From positions 9,232 to 73,231 of the forward strand of contig CANRGP010000001.1 of the NCBI GenBank assembly GCA_947630085.1: a DNA stretch of 64,000 nt, given 5' to 3'. The notes below the pieces were generated by a model. The model searched no databases, was not told the origin of the DNA, and saw only the letters and a program-made list of their open reading frames with translations. Positions within the stretch are counted from its first letter, which is position 1; every line of letters starts with the position of its first letter. Positions 1 through 9,808 of the stretch are shown here, one piece after another. The stretch is from an uncultured Lachnospiraceae bacterium (lineage in GTDB: Bacteria; Bacillota; Clostridia; Lachnospirales; Lachnospiraceae). Both the position numbers and the translations under genes were made by a program.

Positions 1-3000
1 TCCGCGTCCATTTTGGAAAACGCCTCATCCAGCACCACCAGACGGATCGCAGGATTCCGTATAAGCCCCGGTTTGGCGTCGATCTTATATACCTGGGCAA
101 AGCTGGCCAGAAGCGCCACATACAGCGGATTCTGTCCCTCCCCTCCCGAATTCTTCCGGATCATCTGGCTCAGGCGGATCCGAATCGTCTCATCTTCATC
201 CTGCACGATCTGCTGCATATCGAAAGAAAGGTATGTCCGGTAATCCGCATATTTTTCCATATTTTTCCTGGCCTCCTCCTGCTCCTGGGCCGTAGCGTTT
301 TCGGGAGGTATGAATATGCGGATCAGGTCGTTGACGAGCATCCCGTAATGATTTTCATGCTCCATGGTAAACAGATTGAGCTGATTGTCCCAGCCGCTTC
401 CCAGATCCGCCGGATCGATCTCCAGGGATTCGTCCATGAACATATCATAATAGACGCCGTCGGGCCCTTTATTTTTCCCGATATAAAACTGATATTTGTC
501 TTTTCCGAAGTCAAGCCTGCTTATGATGCGGTTCAGCTCGTCTCTTCTCTGCAGCGCGTCCTTGATCGCGCTGCGGATCTTATACACAAAATCATCCTTA
601 AAATGTTCCACTGCCGTCTGGGCCTGTTCGGCGGCGCGGGCCCGGTATTCCTCCAGCCTGTCGAAATTCAGGCTGTCCAGGAGCCCCTGATACTCGGCGT
701 TGTCTTCCGCGGTCGGTGAAAAATTCCGGTTCTGGTAATTTCTCAGATACTCCGAGCGCAGATTAACCAGGCGTTCCATCTCCCGGCGCCGGCATTCCTC
801 CGCCTTTTCCTTCTTCTCGTGGTACTGATCCCGCAGACGGTCATAGCGCAGGCCGCTCTGCTGCTCCTTCACGATCCTGTCAAACCCTTCCTTCGTCTCC
901 CCGGGCTCGAGCCGCTGTTCCTCATCCCGCAGGGCCCTTTCCTTCTCAAGAAGGATCTCGCTGCGCCCAACCAGGCTCTTCTTCTCCTCCTCCGCATCGC
1001 GGAGCGCCTGGTCCGCCGCTCTTTCCTGCTGGCGCAGGACCGCCTTGCGCTGTTCCACAAGCTGGAGCAGGGCCTCTCTCTCCTGCTCCCACTGATCCAC
1101 GTTCTGGGATTTCAGGATCTCCAGCTCGCGGCGCAGCTTCTTCTGCTCCTTCTCCTGCCCGTGAAGCTCCTCCATGTCCTTCTTCCAACCCAGATAAACC
1201 GGCAGGTCCTGGGACAGATCCTCCAGTCCGAGGATGCGGGATGCTTCGTCTATGATCTCCTGATGGGGCTTTTTCTTTTCAAGGATCTGCTCCAGCTCCT
1301 TCTCCAGAAGCTTTGTCCTCTGCTTCAGGCTCTTTTTCCCGATATAGGCCCTCACCGTATAGCTGGCCGGGTTGATATGCTGGATCCGGTAGCTGTGATA
1401 CATCACGCAGTCCCTGGTGATCCCGATCCGGCATTCGCGCAGATCGTCCACCGTCTCGCACTTGATTACCTTTCCCAGCAGAAAATCCATATACGCCCTT
1501 ACATAATCCAGGCCCGTCTCCACCTCTTCGGAAAGGGCCCCCTTTACCACGCTGTGTCCCTCGGAAAGCACCCTCTCCGTGTCAAGAACGGTCACCTGAT
1601 AATACTTTTCCTTGTCCAGCTCCTGATAGAGTTCTATCGCCGCCCTGGCATACCTGGGCTCCACCACCAGAGCCAGCTTATTGTTTCCAAGGTATCCTTC
1701 CACCGCGCTGCGCCAGCTGTCGTCCCGGATATCGATCAGATCGGCCAGGATCTGTACCGGAACGCTTACGCCGGTCTTACGGTACAGCCGGTTCTGCAGG
1801 ATCGTTCTGGCGCTCTCCAGCTCCCTGGGGTACGCCTTGCTCCCGCTCTTCAGCTTGTCCAGCTCCTCCCGGATCTGGATCTGCCTTTTTTCCATCTGCC
1901 GCAGCTCCGATCTGGCCTCCTGCTGCTGTCTCAGCGCCTCGTCGCGGATCTGGGCCAGATCCGCTTTCAGGCGGATAAGCCCCTCCTCCGTGATCTCGCC
2001 TTTCATAAAGGCGTCGATATCCCAAAGCGTCCGGTTGGATACAGTATCCAGATCCTCCCATTTTTTCAGGCGCTCCGCCGTCTGCTGCCAGCTCCCCTTT
2101 CCGGACGCCATACGCTCGATCAGTGTGTTGACCGATTTCTGCTGCTCCACCAGCCGGTCGTAACCCGATCCGGCGATCCGGCGGAGAAGCTCGTCGCACT
2201 TTTCCGTCATTTCACCGATTTCCCGGTTCAGATTCTCGATCTGCGCGAGCCCTTTTTCCCGGTTTTCCTCGTATACGCGGATCTTCTCCATGCTCTCCGC
2301 TATCGACAGCCGCTCGGAAAGCACATCGAACCGATGGGAATAATAATTGCAGCGGCGGCTTTCCTTCCTGGCCTGATCCATGAGATCGTACTGCCCGCAT
2401 ATGGCCTTCAGGCTCCCGATCTCCCGGCAGGTGTCCTCTATCTTTCTGCACATCCGCCCGTACTCCATCACGCTGAGCTGCATATCCTCAATATGGATAT
2501 CCTTCTCCGTGCAGATATATTCCTTCACAAAGTCTTCCAGCTTGATATTCATACGGAACGGGATCGCTTTCTTGAACAGCATGGGGAATTTCTCCGCGTC
2601 CAGACCACCCAGATAAATATCATAGAGCTGCCTGCGGAAGCGTTCATTGTGGGAACCGAAATAGCAGTCGTCCCCCGCAAACGTCCGGGTCAGCCAGTTC
2701 TTTACCTCCGCGGTGGACATGGCGCGGTCCCCTCCGTCCTCCGTGCGGTACTCATGGTCCGGGATCCCGCCTTTATGCCAGAAAAAGAGGCGCGAGATCT
2801 CATTGGAAGCCGTCTCCACATCAAATACCACTCCCACGCACTGGCGCTCCCCCGTATCCGTTCTTTGCAGCTCCAGAACAATCGTGCTGGAAAAGTTTCG
2901 GTTCCGGAGGTAGGAAAAGCTGTTGTCCTCTCCGATGTTGATCATTCCGCGAAGATATTCGATGAGACTCCTGTCCGAATCGTCCGCGGCCGCCTTATTG

Positions 3001-3185
3001 AAAAATCCGCGGCCGTCGGTATTGGCATACAGGACGATCTGGATGGCATCGATCACCGTCGATTTGCCGCTTCCGGAATGGCCCGTAAAGAAGTTGATCC
3101 CCTCGCTGAAGGAAAGGGTCCTGTGCCGGATGTAATGCCAGTTGTTCAGGCATATCCGGGACAGTGCCTCAAATGTCTGATTCAT
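1..3185 (-). CDS. jetC: Wadjet/MksB-type SMC-like ATPase JetC (3' end outside window)
   Basis: Not in ORF track because it is open to the window edge. Manual translation gives MNQTFEALSRICLNNWHY..., Walker A GHSGSGKST, long coiled coil, signature NSGGEGQ and Walker B LVVLDEAFSKMD near position 1-40. Alternative in-frame start at 3194; overlaps jetB end. Confidence 0.85.
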   Translation of the reverse strand, partial: MNQTFEALSRICLNNWHYIRHRTLSFSEGINFFTGHSGSGKSTVIDAIQIVLYANTDGRGFFNKAAADDSDRSLIEYLRGMINIGEDNSFSYLRNRNFSSTIVLELQRTDTGERQCVGVVFDVETASNEISRLFFWHKGGIPDHEYRTEDGGDRAMSTAEVKNWLTRTFAGDDCYFGSHNERFRRQLYDIYLGGLDAEKFPMLFKKAIPFRMNIKLEDFVKEYICTEKDIHIEDMQLSVMEYGRMCRKIEDTCREIGSLKAICGQYDLMDQARKESRRCNYYSHRFDVLSERLSIAESMEKIRVYEENREKGLAQIENLNREIGEMTEKCDELLRRIAGSGYDRLVEQQKSVNTLIERMASGKGSWQQTAERLKKWEDLDTVSNRTLWDIDAFMKGEITEEGLIRLKADLAQIRDEALRQQQEARSELRQMEKRQIQIREELDKLKSGSKAYPRELESARTILQNRLYRKTGVSVPVQILADLIDIRDDSWRSAVEGYLGNNKLALVVEPRYARAAIELYQELDKEKYYQVTVLDTERVLSEGHSVVKGALSEEVETGLDYVRAYMDFLLGKVIKCETVDDLRECRIGITRDCVMYHSYRIQHINPASYTVRAYIGKKSLKQRTKLLEKELEQILEKKKPHQEIIDEASRILGLEDLSQDLPVYLGWKKDMEELHGQEKEQKKLRRELEILKSQNVDQWEQEREALLQLVEQRKAVLRQQERAADQALRDAEEEKKSLVGRSEILLEKERALRDEEQRLEPGETKEGFDRIVKEQQSGLRYDRLRDQYHEKKEKAEECRRREMERLVNLRSEYLRNYQNRNFSPTAEDNAEYQGLLDSLNFDRLEEYRARAAEQAQTAVEHFKDDFVYKIRSAIKDALQRRDELNRIISRLDFGKDKYQFYIGKNKGPDGVYYDMFMDESLEIDPADLGSGWDNQLNLFTMEHENHYGMLVNDLIRIFIPPENATAQEQEEARKNMEKYADYRTYLSFDMQQIVQDEDETIRIRLSQMIRKNSGGEGQNPLYVALLASFAQVYKIDAKPGLIRNPAIRLVVLDEAFSKMDA

Positions 3186-3786
3186 CGCCGTCATCCTCTC
3201 CCTCTTCAAAGCTTTTTACCATTGCCCGCGCGTCGTCGCCCTGCAGCACCATCAGGATCGACGGATAGATCATCAGGCGGCTCCTGCCGTCCAGCTCCTC
3301 CAGAACGTCCAGCGGTTCTACCAGCTGATATTTCTTCAGCAGACCGATCGTGCGGCGCACCTCCGTCTCCGACGGCTGTTTCTTCAGTATCCGGTATCCC
3401 CCCAGCTTTTCATGGATCTCCCCCAGGGTCGTCACGGCTTCCGCCTGGGACGACGCCGCTGACATCTGTTCGTCATAGATCAGCTTCAGGATCAGGATGT
3501 AGAGGGTCGCGAGCTTCGGGAGCTTCTCTCCGATCAGCTGCTCCCCCCTGAGGAAGATCACGCCCATCTGGCTGTTCTCCGCCACATCCACGTCAACCAG
3601 CGCAAAGTAGGCCCTGACAAACTCCAGATGCTTCTCGCACTGATAATAATCCCTGTTTAGATGGACCCGTCTGTTCTTCCGGTCATATTTGCGCTCCAGA
3701 AGAAACGTCTGTCTGTATAAAAGCTGTATGGATCTTTTCACATTCTCCTGTTCATCCGGAGAAAGCCCTTCAAAATAATCGATCAT
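3169..3786 (-). CDS. jetB: Wadjet JetB-like protein (DUF4194-like KITE subunit)
   Basis: 205 aa between the jetA-like gene and the SMC ATPase, overlapping both; size and sequence fit DUF4194. Confidence 0.75.
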   Translation of the reverse strand: MIDYFEGLSPDEQENVKRSIQLLYRQTFLLERKYDRKNRRVHLNRDYYQCEKHLEFVRAYFALVDVDVAENSQMGVIFLRGEQLIGEKLPKLATLYILILKLIYDEQMSAASSQAEAVTTLGEIHEKLGGYRILKKQPSETEVRRTIGLLKKYQLVEPLDVLEELDGRSRLMIYPSILMVLQGDDARAMVKSFEEGEDDGDESDI

Positions 3787-5165
3787 TTCTTCCCCTTCTT
3801 CTCAAAGACCAGGCCGGGATACCTGTATTTTCCGTTGTCGATCTCCTTCGTATCCGGCTGCCTTACCCGGTAGGGACTGTCCTTTCGGGTCGAATAATCA
3901 TAAGCCAGCACCAGCTTTTCAAAATCCTCGTCCCCGGAAACCGTCGCCTCGTCCACCGAAAGGCTCCCCTCCCGCATACGGTCCATAACGAAGCTCTCGA
4001 TCTCCCTTCTGCTGTAGCGGCTGTTCGTCCGGTTCAGCCGCAGGATCTCGTCTCCGGACAGCTCCTCCTCCTTTTCTTCGGCCCTCAGGCTCTCCGTAAA
4101 GTCACGCCGCGTCTGCTTTCTCTTGTAGAGGGACCTGTCGGAGATCACGTTCATCTGCGAAAGGTTCATCATTCCTCCGATCTTCTCCAGATCCCGCTCT
4201 CTTTCATCCTCTCCCTCGCCGGACAAATGGTTCAAAAGGGCAATGACGATTCCCTTCATGTTGTCCTCTTTATTGAGCAGATAGTTGAGCCGCGTGACCG
4301 TGGCATGGACATACCGGGTATGTTCCCTGTCCATGTTGGCGATCCGGTGTTCGATGTCGTCAAATCCCCTCTCGATCTGGTCCAGCAGATCGATCAGGTC
4401 CTCCGGGGACACATCGGTCCCTCTGTTCTGTCTGCTCCTCTCGCAGACCTCCAGAAGGCGGGGCCTGTCCTGCCGCATCTGGCCGAGCCACCGCTTGATA
4501 TCCGTTTTGTACAGATAAAAGTTATCCGATGTCTTGAGGATATGATATTTTTTCCGGACGATCTCCTCTACATAGCCGTCCAGGTGCTCCTTCAGCAGAT
4601 CCCCGTAAAACCGCTTCTCCAGAAGGCCCCCGAAGAACCGGTCCATATTGTGAAGCATATCCTGCAGGGTCTTATTCAGTTTTCTGGTATTGACCAGCGC
4701 CGTCCGGAGCAGGGACGCGCCGGATCGCGGGTCATTCATAAATACAAACAATATGGAATAGATATTCTGGATATAGACCTGAGTCTCGTCATCCCCGTCC
4801 CCCGTCAGACGCGAAAACGCTTCGACAAACGCGGCGGCGTAATCCGGGATCACGATGTTTACCGACATAGTTTCGTAGTCGTCCACCTTGCGGAGCCATC
4901 CGGTCCGCAGCAGCCAGTTCAGGATCCTCGTGGACGGCGGCTCCAGCAGATCAAAGTCGTCCTCCATCTCATCCTGCTCCATATCTATCTTCCGTCTGGC
5001 GAAATGGCGGCTCAGCGTCTGAATACAGATCTCGCGGCTCAGGTAATAATCGCTGTACTGATATTCCTCGTTGATCTGCAAAAGCGCCTCTATGTAAATC
5101 TGCCTGTTCCGCGAACGGAACAGGCTCCAGAATGAATCCGGTATCTGCTCAAGCTGACTGGACAT
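3783..5165 (-). CDS. jetA: Wadjet JetA-like protein (DUF5716-like kleisin)
   Basis: 460 aa; N-terminus IPDSFWSLFRSRNRQIYIEAL resembles the Firmicute JetA family; first gene of the jetABC order. Confidence 0.75.
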   Translation of the reverse strand: MSSQLEQIPDSFWSLFRSRNRQIYIEALLQINEEYQYSDYYLSREICIQTLSRHFARRKIDMEQDEMEDDFDLLEPPSTRILNWLLRTGWLRKVDDYETMSVNIVIPDYAAAFVEAFSRLTGDGDDETQVYIQNIYSILFVFMNDPRSGASLLRTALVNTRKLNKTLQDMLHNMDRFFGGLLEKRFYGDLLKEHLDGYVEEIVRKKYHILKTSDNFYLYKTDIKRWLGQMRQDRPRLLEVCERSRQNRGTDVSPEDLIDLLDQIERGFDDIEHRIANMDREHTRYVHATVTRLNYLLNKEDNMKGIVIALLNHLSGEGEDERERDLEKIGGMMNLSQMNVISDRSLYKRKQTRRDFTESLRAEEKEEELSGDEILRLNRTNSRYSRREIESFVMDRMREGSLSVDEATVSGDEDFEKLVLAYDYSTRKDSPYRVRQPDTKEIDNGKYRYPGLVFEKKGKK

Positions 5166-5296
5166 CGCTGTAATGACCTTTCTGTTCGGGAGCCCGCTCC
5201 CTTTTTCCTCTTTAATCCCGCTCTTCCATCGGTTCGTGAGCTTTTTTCATGATGCGGGCGGCAAATTTCTTCGCCGCCTCCGCGGAAGTACCTCCT

Positions 5297-5626
5297 CTAT
5301 ATCTCTGTATTCTTTTCCTCCTCACGCAGCGTACCGTTTCGCGTGTGGTTTTCATAATAGACGTACTCCTCCCGCGTATTCCGCCCCTCTTTCCACTTCT
5401 TTCGGACATAGGTATACGCGCCGGCCCCTATCAGCACCGCGGTCCCTCCCGCAGTTGTAAGCCCTCCAAAAGCGCCGGAATCCCCTGCGCTCTCCGTCTC
5501 ATCCGGAGGAGTCTCCTGCTGCGCGGGGTCCGGATCCGTCCCGGCCGCGTAAACGGGGCTGGCCATCCCGGCTGTCCAGACAGCCAGGGCGGCAAGCGCC
5601 GCCGCTGTCTTAACTGTTCCTATCAC
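5297..5626 (-). CDS. Small exported/membrane-anchored hypothetical protein
   Basis: Signal-peptide-like AAALAALAVWTAGMASPVYA|A, acidic linker, hydrophobic stretch, then RKKWK. Start uncertain (GTG 5626 vs track start 5716). Confidence 0.5.
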   Translation of the reverse strand: MIGTVKTAAALAALAVWTAGMASPVYAAGTDPDPAQQETPPDETESAGDSGAFGGLTTAGGTAVLIGAGAYTYVRKKWKEGRNTREEYVYYENHTRNGTLREEEKNTEI

Positions 5627-8600
5627 TTTCTTCGTCTTTTTCTTCCATATTGATGTCACGGCTGATTTCCTTCTGCTCCTTAACAAAACGCCGGGCTTCC
5701 CTTCGTTCTTCTTCACTGGGCGGTTCCGTATTTTCCTTCAGACTGCTGACCGTAAGCTGCGGGAACGGAATATTGATCCCATACTTGTTGAAAATGAGCA
5801 GGATCTCCCGGTTCAGATCCCGGCAAAGCTGCATCCTGTCCTGTTCCTTACACAGGGCGATGATCTTGATGACGACGCCGCTGTCTCCCAGGGCAGATAC
5901 GCCCTTGTAATACGGGCCGTCCATGATCGTCCGGATGCGCTTTCTGATCTTGGGAAGCTCCTCCTTGAGGATCGCTTCTACCCGCTCAATAGATTCTCCG
6001 TATTCGATTCCCACATCCACACCCGCAAAGGATGCCTCCTTGGTCATATTGATGATCCCGGACAGGCTGGAATTGTTGAACACCTTGATGTTCTTGGAGG
6101 TGTCCTGGATCTTGGTCGTCCTCAGTCCGATCTCCAGAACGTTTCCGCGGAAGTCGCCCACCGTCACAATATCTCCGACCCGGAACTCTCCCTCGAACAC
6201 GATGAACACTCCTGCCAGAATATCCTGGATCATGCTCTGGGCCCCGAGACCAACGATCAGAGAGAGGATTCCGGCCGAAGCGATCAGGCTCCCGGTATCC
6301 AGTCCGCAGAGGTAAAGCGTATAAAACAGAGCGAACAGCGCCACTCCGTACTGGATCACCGAGACGATCAGATGTCCCAGCGTCTCCGCCCTGCTGCCGA
6401 TATTGACGCTCACGTTTTCAATAATGAGCTCTATGGCGTTTGCCACCACAAATACCATGATCAGCGTGATCGCGCAGTTGGTCAGCGCAAAGATATTGAC
6501 TCCCTTGCTCCACACGCCCTCAAATACATAGTTGATGGCGTCGATCGGGAAAATCCCGCTCCGTGAAACCAGAATGCAGACAAAGAGGAAAACGGCAAAT
6601 ATGTGGAATACAATACTGGCGATCATGGAGAACTTCTGCTCCGGCGTCTTCAGTTTCCAGGGGATGTACTCCGGATCCCATCTGGACGCAGCGGAGCGCA
6701 CCTTCCTCGTCTTCCCGGAAGGCATGGTAACCGTAATGACGTCCTGTTCATTTCTCGCCCGATGCTCCGCGTCGCTCACATTCTGCCTGTACATATTCTC
6801 CTCTTTCTGTCCGAAGATGCAGGTATAGACAAATATGATCAGGATCCCCACCATAACGGCAATGAGGACAGCCAGCGTGATATCCAGACGGCCCGCATAC
6901 ACGGTCTCCATCGGCACCGATGTGCCGATATAGAAGTTATCCGCCAGCTTAAACGTCTGGAAATATCTGTCCCCGTTCACCGTTTCAAAGCCGTTGTAAA
7001 GCTCCCCCGTCTCGATAAACGCGTCGGCGCTGTATCCCATGCTGAGAGCCGTCTTTCCGATCTCGCTCACCCTCGGGTAGTAAAGGCATATGTGCTGGTC
7101 GCTGGTATCGCAGATGATCGTAAAGCCCGTGCCGTGTATCGACGTATGATGAGCCACATAGGCCACGCTGGCCGTCTCCATCACCGTCATCAGGCGCTCC
7201 GGAACAATGCCGATCTGCAGCATTCCGCGATGCCTTTCGATGGGCTGGCCCTTCCATGTTCCGTTCAGCTGGCTCTGGTAATCGTCCCTGGATACATAGC
7301 GGGTGCTCCCGTCGGAATTCTGCACCGTGTAATAGTAAAATGCGCTTCCGATATACTGGGCCAGCCCGCCCTCATCGTCATATTCCATATCCTGGGCCAC
7401 AAAATCGCGGTGATCCGCCAGAATCTCCCAGAAAGGATAGTCCCCGGATTCGGGATCATCCGTCAGGACCGAATACCATCCGTCGTCATTGGTGGCCAGG
7501 ATCCTTCCGTATTCATCAAACAGGCTCAGCTTCTTGATGGCATTGATCTCACAGATCTTCTGCAGGAACGGGCTGTCGCTGATGGCATAGCTGACATTCC
7601 CGTAGCTGTCCAGGCCGCTTATGACCTGTCCGGAAGCGTCCTTTTCCGTCGGATGCTGGTGGACATTCTCATCCGTTTTGTCAAAATCCAGAACATACTG
7701 CGGATTCTTTTCCAGCATCTGCGAGATCAGCTCGCATTTATTCAGGAACAGCTCCTTGTACTCCTCATTGACTATCTTCGCATCGCTGACATTGGCATCC
7801 AGCTTCTCGCCGATCTTCTCGATCGCCTGGTTGGATTCATACGCGATGGCGGACAGGGAATTGACCGACTGGATATAAAAGCACATTCCTCCCATGGCCA
7901 GAGTGCCGGCCAGTACCAGGGGAAACAGCTTCCCGGCCACGGTAAGGTTGAAATAGAGCCGGTTCCTGATCAGCGTGATATATGACGGGAGCTTTCCGAC
8001 CCGGATATTGTCACGGTTGATGATAATTCCGTAGGCGGAAACCAGGCCCAGAAACATGATAAATATAATGGACATGAAGCTGAGCAGGATCGTATCGCTG
8101 GCAAGCTGCGTATTGGCGCGGGTCATAACGAACACTACCGCATCGTTCCACTTCTGGCCTACCACGCACCAGGACTCGCCGCCGAATTGCAGCACGCCCT
8201 CGTAGGAATCCCCCAGCGCTTCAATGGGAACCCCATTCTGCAGAGCGTCCTTTCCTGTCAGATCGTCGATCGGGTTATACAGGAACGAATAGTCCGTAAG
8301 CGAAACGGCAATGGTGTACGTATCCACGCTGACCATCCCCCGCAGGACCGCCTCCCATGAGGTCATCTCCCGGATATTGTTCCCCGTCTCCGTCCAGTCC
8401 ACCGCAAAGACCAGGATCCGGTCGTCTGTGATCTTTTTCCCGAAAAATCTGCGGGTCCCGTTCTCATAGCGGATATTGAACGGCTCCGAGATGCCGTCGT
8501 CCTGGCTGCAGGCCCGCAGCATATTGAATCTGTTTCTTGAAAAATCGTAATCGCACTGCCAGGAAGCGTACACTGTCCCTGCCTCGTCGATCACCGCTAC

Positions 8601-8999
8601 CGAGTCTATCCCCGCGTATTCACCCACCGACCGGGCAAACGCGTCGTTAAACGGCTGCTTCTGGAAATCCCGGTAATAATACTGCGTATTCTTCAGCTTG
8701 GCAATGTAAAGCTGGTCGTATTCGGCGCTCAGCTGTTCTTCCTCCATGCCTCCGTCTATCAGACCTATAAGGACGGTCTCCATCCTCTCCCGGTTCGTTG
8801 CAAAGATCTGTTCCCGGGTCAGCGCGTTTCTCACATAGGAAATCGCGCCGACCACCCCGGCGATCACCAGAAGAGACAGGGTGATGCCCAGTACCGTACG
8901 ATTTCGCATATAGTCCTTCTTTGCGGCCCCAATGGCTTTCCAGCCGGTCTTTTTTTCTTTTCCGTTCATCTCTCCGCTTTCCATCATCACTTCTCCCAT
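5610..8999 (-). CDS. Large MscS-family channel with two N-terminal Cache-like extracytoplasmic domains
   Basis: C-terminal MscS motifs GLGAQSMIQDILAGVFI, FRVGDIV, GNVLEIGLRTT, GINIPFPQ; about 800-aa N-terminal extension with several TM helices. Confidence 0.85.
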   Translation of the reverse strand: MGEVMMESGEMNGKEKKTGWKAIGAAKKDYMRNRTVLGITLSLLVIAGVVGAISYVRNALTREQIFATNRERMETVLIGLIDGGMEEEQLSAEYDQLYIAKLKNTQYYYRDFQKQPFNDAFARSVGEYAGIDSVAVIDEAGTVYASWQCDYDFSRNRFNMLRACSQDDGISEPFNIRYENGTRRFFGKKITDDRILVFAVDWTETGNNIREMTSWEAVLRGMVSVDTYTIAVSLTDYSFLYNPIDDLTGKDALQNGVPIEALGDSYEGVLQFGGESWCVVGQKWNDAVVFVMTRANTQLASDTILLSFMSIIFIMFLGLVSAYGIIINRDNIRVGKLPSYITLIRNRLYFNLTVAGKLFPLVLAGTLAMGGMCFYIQSVNSLSAIAYESNQAIEKIGEKLDANVSDAKIVNEEYKELFLNKCELISQMLEKNPQYVLDFDKTDENVHQHPTEKDASGQVISGLDSYGNVSYAISDSPFLQKICEINAIKKLSLFDEYGRILATNDDGWYSVLTDDPESGDYPFWEILADHRDFVAQDMEYDDEGGLAQYIGSAFYYYTVQNSDGSTRYVSRDDYQSQLNGTWKGQPIERHRGMLQIGIVPERLMTVMETASVAYVAHHTSIHGTGFTIICDTSDQHICLYYPRVSEIGKTALSMGYSADAFIETGELYNGFETVNGDRYFQTFKLADNFYIGTSVPMETVYAGRLDITLAVLIAVMVGILIIFVYTCIFGQKEENMYRQNVSDAEHRARNEQDVITVTMPSGKTRKVRSAASRWDPEYIPWKLKTPEQKFSMIASIVFHIFAVFLFVCILVSRSGIFPIDAINYVFEGVWSKGVNIFALTNCAITLIMVFVVANAIELIIENVSVNIGSRAETLGHLIVSVIQYGVALFALFYTLYLCGLDTGSLIASAGILSLIVGLGAQSMIQDILAGVFIVFEGEFRVGDIVTVGDFRGNVLEIGLRTTKIQDTSKNIKVFNNSSLSGIINMTKEASFAGVDVGIEYGESIERVEAILKEELPKIRKRIRTIMDGPYYKGVSALGDSGVVIKIIALCKEQDRMQLCRDLNREILLIFNKYGINIPFPQLTVSSLKENTEPPSEEERREARRFVKEQKEISRDINMEEKDEESDRNS

Positions 9000-9781
9000 T
9001 TCTGGCGCAGTTTTTCTATGGATCCGTCCTCGATCCGTCTCCTCACGGCTTCAGCCACCCGCGAAGACAGGTTAGAGCCTTTTCTTGTGCACACACCGTA
9101 CTGCTGTTCCGCAAATTTGTCCGGAAGAAGGATCCGTCCGTCTCCCATATATCCGCTCAGAATGGAACCGTCGGCCACAAACGCATCCACCTCTCCCTCT
9201 TCCAATGCCTGGGAAATATCGTCATAGGAATTATACTGTACGAACTCGACCCCTCCATCAAAGGCCGTCGGAGAAAAGTCTTCCTCGTCAAATGCGGGGA
9301 TCGCTCCCTGCTGAGCCATATATTCGGCAAGAGGAAGAGCATACAGCGCGCTCCGGGTGATCCCGACCCGGCAGCCCCTCAGGTCGGAAAGCTCATCGAT
9401 CATGCTGGACTCCTCCACCATGATCCGGGCATAGTCCGTATAATAGGCATCCGAAAAATCATAATTCTGTTTCCGCTCTTCGGTAATGCTGTAGGTAGCG
9501 ATCACCATATCCAGCTGGGCGGAATCCAGAAGCGTCTCTCTCGTGGTAGAATCTACCGTCGTCAGACGGATGTCGCTGTACCCCAGATCCTCGCACAGCA
9601 TCTGCGCCAGATCGATCTCCATTCCGGAATATCTGCCGGACTCCTCATCGTACAGGCTGAAGTTGGCCACGTCTCCTTTTACTCCCACCTTCAGCACCGA
9701 TCTCCTGACGCTTGCGCACGAAGACAGCATCAGCGCGGCCGCCAGAACCGGAAGAAGCATTCGCCACCTTCCCACTTTCAT
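8987..9781 (-). CDS. Polar amino-acid substrate-binding lipoprotein (SBP family 3)
   Basis: Lipobox LSSC; motifs GMEIDLA, DMVIATYSITEERKQNYDFSDAYY, GEVDAFVAD. Confidence 0.9.
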   Translation of the reverse strand: MKVGRWRMLLPVLAAALMLSSCASVRRSVLKVGVKGDVANFSLYDEESGRYSGMEIDLAQMLCEDLGYSDIRLTTVDSTTRETLLDSAQLDMVIATYSITEERKQNYDFSDAYYTDYARIMVEESSMIDELSDLRGCRVGITRSALYALPLAEYMAQQGAIPAFDEEDFSPTAFDGGVEFVQYNSYDDISQALEEGEVDAFVADGSILSGYMGDGRILLPDKFAEQQYGVCTRKGSNLSSRVAEAVRRRIEDGSIEKLRQKWEK

Positions 9782-9808
9782 ATCGACTCCTCCTTTGCAG
9801 CACTCTTT

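Noticed and set aside
819-3551. 910-aa plus-strand ORF
   Set aside because: Antisense shadow of jetC/jetB; no motifs and an implausible composition.
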